From an uncultured Gammaproteobacteria bacterium (GTDB lineage: Bacteria; Patescibacteriota; Microgenomatia; UBA12405): a DNA stretch of 64,000 nucleotides. Below, one piece after another: positions 59,628 to 64,000 of the stretch. Below the pieces are notes generated by a model. It was not told the origin of the DNA. It saw nothing but the letters and a program-made list of their open reading frames with translations, and ran no database searches. The first letter of the stretch is position 1. Every line of letters starts with the position of its first letter. The stretch spans positions 9,384-73,383 of the forward strand of contig CAYUZS010000003.1 in assembly GCA_964448705.1 (NCBI GenBank), written 5' to 3'. The position numbers and the translations under genes are program-made.

Positions 59628-60017
59628 GTGTTTCCACTTAATTGTCGTCATACTAAAATTCGTCGTGATCTTTTAAAGGTTTTAACAAAATCTAAAAAAC
59701 CAAGAACTGCTTCCGACATCCTTTCCTGCCTTAAAAAGGACTATCCGACAATCAATAAAAGCACAGTCTATCGGCAATTAGATTTTTTATCCGAAAAACA
59801 ATTTCTCACCGCTTTGGAAATTAACGGTCGAAAACACTTCCTTCTCGAACAAAAACATCCTCATGTTGTTCTTGTTTGCACTCTCTGTAAAAAAGTCTTT
59901 CCTGCTGACGGCAATTTTCTTTCCGCCAAAGTTAAACAAATTGTTTCCGAAAACAATTTTCAAATTAAAAATTATTCATTAGTGCTAATTGGTAAATGCC
60001 AATATTGCCAAAAATAA
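59628..60017 (+). CDS. Fur family transcriptional regulator
   Basis: STVYRQL, H.H...CxxC and C-terminal GxCxxC. Confidence 0.9.
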   Translation: MFPLNCRHTKIRRDLLKVLTKSKKPRTASDILSCLKKDYPTINKSTVYRQLDFLSEKQFLTALEINGRKHFLLEQKHPHVVLVCTLCKKVFPADGNFLSAKVKQIVSENNFQIKNYSLVLIGKCQYCQK

Positions 60018-60042
60018 TATGATTATCGGTATAATCAAAGGT

Positions 60043-61083
60043 ATGAAAACCAAATTTAAATTTACAGTTTTAGTGGCCCTAGCCATTGTTCTTTTTATAG
60101 GCTTGAATTTTGTAACTGCCACCGGTGCTCAAAACACCGAAACTCTCAAATATAACCCTAAAAAAAGCACTCTCTACACTCCAAAAGTTGAGAATATTCA
60201 AAACGTTTTAACTATCGCCGGATCCGTTGACACCGATCGGGCCGCCGCTCTCCGTTTTCAAAATTCCGGAAAACTGGTCTGGGTAGGAGTTAAAGTTGGA
60301 GACAAAGTTAAAAGAGGTCAGGCAATTGCCAGTCTCGATAAAGAACAGCTTCGTAAAAATCTTCAGACACAATATAACAACTATCGCACTAATCTCAGTC
60401 AATTTTGGGACACTCAGGACAAATATAAAGACACTATTGTTTCTGACACTATCAAAAGAATTTTGGACAGAACTCAATATTCTTTGGATAATTCGGTTAT
60501 TAACTATGAAATCTCCGATATGGCCATTAAGGAATCAACTTTGGTTAGTCCTATTGACGGCATCGTTGTTGCTGTCGACCAGCCTCTCGCCGGTACCAAC
60601 ATCACTCCTGCCGGTGCCACCTTCACTATTATTGATCCCAATTCAGTTTATTTTAAAGCCAATGTTGATCAGGACATTGTTAATCAAATAAAAGTCGGTC
60701 AGAAAGCCACCTTAAGTTTGGACAGTTTTCCCGATCAAACAATTAATTCGGAAATCACTTTCATTTCTTTTGTTCCAGTTTCCGGAGAATCATCAACCGT
60801 CTATGAAACTAGGTTCAAGTTACCGGTTATTAATCAGGATTTAGCTTATCGTTTGGGCATGAACGGAGATGTTAACCTTGTTCTTTCTCAGGCTGATAAT
60901 GTTCTCACTGTTCCCACCGATGCTGTCTACGACGACAATGGTCAACCTTTTGTCTATCTTTACGACAAAAATAAAAATCAGCTTCTTCGTCACCAAGTCA
61001 AAGTTGGCATCGAAACAGATACTACTGCCCAGATTATTGAGGGTTTAACTCAAAATGACCAAGTTGCCATCATCCAAAAATAA
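60043..61083 (+). CDS. Efflux adaptor (MacA/HlyD-like membrane fusion protein)
   Basis: VKVGDKVKRGQ, SPIDGIV, VKVG..I.EGL; start taken as ATG 60043. Confidence 0.9.
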   Translation: MKTKFKFTVLVALAIVLFIGLNFVTATGAQNTETLKYNPKKSTLYTPKVENIQNVLTIAGSVDTDRAAALRFQNSGKLVWVGVKVGDKVKRGQAIASLDKEQLRKNLQTQYNNYRTNLSQFWDTQDKYKDTIVSDTIKRILDRTQYSLDNSVINYEISDMAIKESTLVSPIDGIVVAVDQPLAGTNITPAGATFTIIDPNSVYFKANVDQDIVNQIKVGQKATLSLDSFPDQTINSEITFISFVPVSGESSTVYETRFKLPVINQDLAYRLGMNGDVNLVLSQADNVLTVPTDAVYDDNGQPFVYLYDKNKNQLLRHQVKVGIETDTTAQIIEGLTQNDQVAIIQK

Positions 61084-61771
61084 TTCCCCGGTTGTTCTGG
61101 AATTAAAAAATATCACTAAAACTTACACTTCAGGAAACACAGTATTTAATGCTTTGGACAACGTTTCCCTGAAAATTTACGAAGGTGAGTTTGTTTCTAT
61201 CACCGGACCTTCAGGTTCCGGTAAGTCAACTTTGATGCATATCATTGGCCTCTTAGACAACCCTACTTCCGGTGAGGTGCTCCTCAATGGGAAAGACATT
61301 TCCCGTTTTAATGAATCACAATTGGCCAGAATCCGAAATGTTACTCTCGGTTTTGTTTTTCAACAATTTAATTTATTGGCCAAAACCTCCGCTTTGGAAA
61401 ACGTTACCCTACCCTTGCTTTATTCAGATGTTCCCAAGTTGCAAAGAGAAAAATTGGGGATTCAGATGTTAACCAAAGTTGGTCTGGATACCAAATTAAA
61501 AAATACCCCCGCCCAACTTTCCGGAGGCCAGCAGCAGCGTGTCGCCATCGCCAGAGCTTTAATTAATGATCCCAAAATAATTCTTGCCGACGAACCCACC
61601 GGTAACCTTGATTCCAAATCGGGTACAGAAGTTATGGAATTATTCCATCATCTCCATCGTCAGGAGGGGAGAACTATTGTTTTTGTCACCCACGACATGG
61701 ATTTAGCCAAACAGGCCGACCGGATAGTTATCATTAAAGATGGTCAAATAACAATTAATAGTCGTCACTAA
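61055..61771 (+). CDS. ABC transporter ATP-binding protein (MacB/LolD type)
   Basis: [33 protein letters not shown]. Confidence 0.95.
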   Translation: MTKLPSSKNNSPVVLELKNITKTYTSGNTVFNALDNVSLKIYEGEFVSITGPSGSGKSTLMHIIGLLDNPTSGEVLLNGKDISRFNESQLARIRNVTLGFVFQQFNLLAKTSALENVTLPLLYSDVPKLQREKLGIQMLTKVGLDTKLKNTPAQLSGGQQQRVAIARALINDPKIILADEPTGNLDSKSGTEVMELFHHLHRQEGRTIVFVTHDMDLAKQADRIVIIKDGQITINSRH

Positions 61772-61776
61772 TAATT

Positions 61777-62997
61777 ATGTTCAAACCTTCACCCGAAGAT
61801 CTAATCAAATCCAGCGTTCGATCCATTCTTAAAAATAAAGGTCGGACCATTCTTACTTCTTTAGGAATTATTATTGGTGTTACTTCAGTTATTCTTTTAA
61901 CTTCCATCGGCAACGGCTTAAAAGGTTATGTTAATGAACAGTTTGAAAGTTTAGGTGCCAACACTATCTTTATTTCTCCTGGTAAAATTTTTAACAGCAG
62001 TGGGGGATTTAGCCAGGAAAGCGGTAATTTCGTCACCACCAATTTCAGTGCCAACGATATTAATCAATTAAAACGCGGTCTTCGTGGCTCAGACATTATC
62101 CCTGTCTCACAATCTTCTGCTGATCTTCGCTCTCCCAACACTACTAAAAAAGGAGTTGTCGTTGTTGGTTCTACATATCAATATGGTGAAGCCTCGGACA
62201 ACAATCCTTCAGCCGACAACGGTCGGTGGTTTACCAAAGAAGAAGATGACAAGGGCAGTTTAGTCATTGTTCTTGGTAATAAACTTGCCGAAGATCTTTT
62301 TCCCAGCGGCAATGCTCTCGGAAAAAAAGTAATCATCAACAGTAAAAACCTTAAAATAATTGGCATCATCGACAAAAAAGGCGGTTCTTTTGGCGGTCCA
62401 AACACGGATGAATATGCCTTCACTCCCAGCAAAATTGTTTTCGATCTAAATGGAAACCGGAATATTAATACTATTCTTATCAAAGCTGCCGACAAAGATG
62501 CTGTAAGTCAGACAAAAATTGATTCCGAAAAAATTATGCTTAAAAACTACGATAAAGATACTTTTACTGTTTTTGATAGCAGTCAGCTTCTCAACAGTAT
62601 TAACTCCATTATTAGTGTCCTCACTGTCGGTCTTTCCGGAATTGCCGCTATTTCCTTAGTTGTCGGCGGCATCGGGATTATGAACATTATGTTGGTAACT
62701 GTTTCCGAAAGAACCAAAGAGATTGGATTAAGAAAAGCTATTGGTGCCTATCCCCGGGCAATTTTACTTCAATTTCTAATAGAAGCCGTTATTTTATCTA
62801 GTGTCGGCGGACTGGTCGGAGTTATTTTAGGGGCCCTTGGCACCCTGGCCATCAACAATTTCTTTCCTGCTAAAATCACTCTCAGTTCCATTATGATTGC
62901 CTTTGGTGTCTCGGCTATCGTCGGTATTATTTTTGGTGTTGAACCCGCCCGCCGTGCCTCCAAATTATCTCCTATCGAAGCCCTAAGATACGAATAG
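61777..62997 (+). CDS. MacB-type ABC transporter permease
   Basis: LGIIIGV, GGIGIMNIMLVTVSERTKEIGLRKAIGA, PIEALRYE. Confidence 0.95.
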   Translation: MFKPSPEDLIKSSVRSILKNKGRTILTSLGIIIGVTSVILLTSIGNGLKGYVNEQFESLGANTIFISPGKIFNSSGGFSQESGNFVTTNFSANDINQLKRGLRGSDIIPVSQSSADLRSPNTTKKGVVVVGSTYQYGEASDNNPSADNGRWFTKEEDDKGSLVIVLGNKLAEDLFPSGNALGKKVIINSKNLKIIGIIDKKGGSFGGPNTDEYAFTPSKIVFDLNGNRNINTILIKAADKDAVSQTKIDSEKIMLKNYDKDTFTVFDSSQLLNSINSIISVLTVGLSGIAAISLVVGGIGIMNIMLVTVSERTKEIGLRKAIGAYPRAILLQFLIEAVILSSVGGLVGVILGALGTLAINNFFPAKITLSSIMIAFGVSAIVGIIFGVEPARRASKLSPIEALRYE

Positions 62998-63019
62998 TTT
63001 TTTCTGCTAATATTATTTA

Positions 63020-63583
63020 GTGAAATCAGAACTAAAAATCCATCTTTTGCCTTTAGCCTCTTTTCTAGGTGTCACTATTTTAATTTGGGCTATTAATCGG
63101 GTAAGTTTTCCAAGCTACCTTTTGCTTTTTTCCGGGCTGGCGCTCGGATCTTTTTTTCTGGACGTCGATCATCTTTTGTATTGGTTTTATCTCAGCCCTA
63201 ATCTTGAAGAAAGCCGTCTCGCTCAAATTGCCTTCAAAAAATATGATTTTCGTTCTCTGTTGAAATTATTGGAGTCTACCAGACATCAGCATACCAATAT
63301 GATTTTTCATCACTTTTTTTTCCAAATTATAATGTCCCTGTTTTCTGTTTTTGTTTTCACCAGCAGTGCCAGTGTTTTTGGTATGTCTTTTCTTTTAGCT
63401 CTTAATGTTCATCTCTTAGTCGATGAAATCGAGGATTATCGCCGCGATAAAAAACACCTTCAGGATTGGCTTTTTGCCAGAGAATCAAAACAGCTGCCGA
63501 TAAAATATCTTTCCCGCTACATAGGTGTCTTTGTTTTTCTCACTATCATCTTCGCCCTAATGCTTCTAAAATCAAGAATATGA
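63020..63583 (+). CDS. Membrane protein, possible metal-dependent hydrolase (YdjM-like)
   Basis: Several TM helices with H.., LDVDH, FH and HLLVD motifs. Confidence 0.6.
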   Translation: MKSELKIHLLPLASFLGVTILIWAINRVSFPSYLLLFSGLALGSFFLDVDHLLYWFYLSPNLEESRLAQIAFKKYDFRSLLKLLESTRHQHTNMIFHHFFFQIIMSLFSVFVFTSSASVFGMSFLLALNVHLLVDEIEDYRRDKKHLQDWLFARESKQLPIKYLSRYIGVFVFLTIIFALMLLKSRI

Positions 63584-64000
63584 GTTCGCTTTCAGCCACC
63601 CTTTTTTCTCAGGCCAGAAAATATTTATCTCCCGTTCAGGATGAACTTACCGCCGATGTCGAAACTGTTCTGGATCGTCTCCAATCAGATCATATTAGTG
63701 ACTATTCTTTTATTGTTGCCCCCATTTCGAAGGCTTACGAAGGTTATTTAAAAGACCTGTTTTTAAAACTCCACATCATCAATCAGGACGATTATGAAAG
63801 CGACCGTTTTCGTGTCGGCAAAACTCTAAACCCTTCTCTTCGTTACAAACGTTTTTCTATTTATCAAAAATTAGCTGATTTCGATGAAGCCGGAGAGGAA
63901 CTGGCTGAAATTTTGTGGGATGCCTGGAAATTTGGCAGAAATGAAATTTTTCATTATTTTCCCAATCAACTTAAAAAAATTACTTTGGATGATGCCGAAA
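63580..64000 (+). CDS. RnlA/RNase LS-like HEPN domain protein (runs off the window)
   Basis: Hand translation: DYSFIVAPISKAYEGYLK and RNEIFH (RxxxxH); ATGA overlap with the previous gene. Confidence 0.65.
   Translation, partial: MSSLSATLFSQARKYLSPVQDELTADVETVLDRLQSDHISDYSFIVAPISKAYEGYLKDLFLKLHIINQDDYESDRFRVGKTLNPSLRYKRFSIYQKLADFDEAGEELAEILWDAWKFGRNEIFHYFPNQLKKITLDDAE

Overview
Bacterial chromosome segment, low GC, standard code 11 (TAA, TAG and TGA all end clear genes). Gene content suggests a Patescibacteria/CPR genome, probably Microgenomates; this is inference from streamlined housekeeping proteins, a PilQ-less type IV pilus locus and a DUF5660-like gene. In order: tig, tRNA-Val, M16 peptidase, thrS-infC-rpmI-rplT-pheST, PBP1A, recG, rpmF-nusB-rnc, a 2.6-kb orphan islet, rpsP-khpA, a ~20-kb type IV pilus locus (10 pilin-like genes, an O-antigen-ligase-like gene, a Cys-rich putative adhesin), holB-like/Fic/ligA/pth/tRNA-Ala, a ~16-kb minus-strand surface-protein cluster, fur plus a MacAB-like ABC exporter, and a truncated RnlA-like HEPN gene. 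Most notable: (1) a WxL/DUF916-like gene set with shared modular domains that may build a second, sortase- and usher-independent surface fibre; (2) two unannotated leader-peptide attenuators, one before thrS and one before a 61-aa orphan; (3) widespread leaderless -10/ATG architecture; (4) a near-perfect 1.74-kb intragenic duplication and a codon-shifted module in adhesin-like genes; (5) a TAG-interrupted tandem paralog. No CRISPR, rRNA, integrase or transposase was seen. Family assignments are from motif recognition, not database searches.
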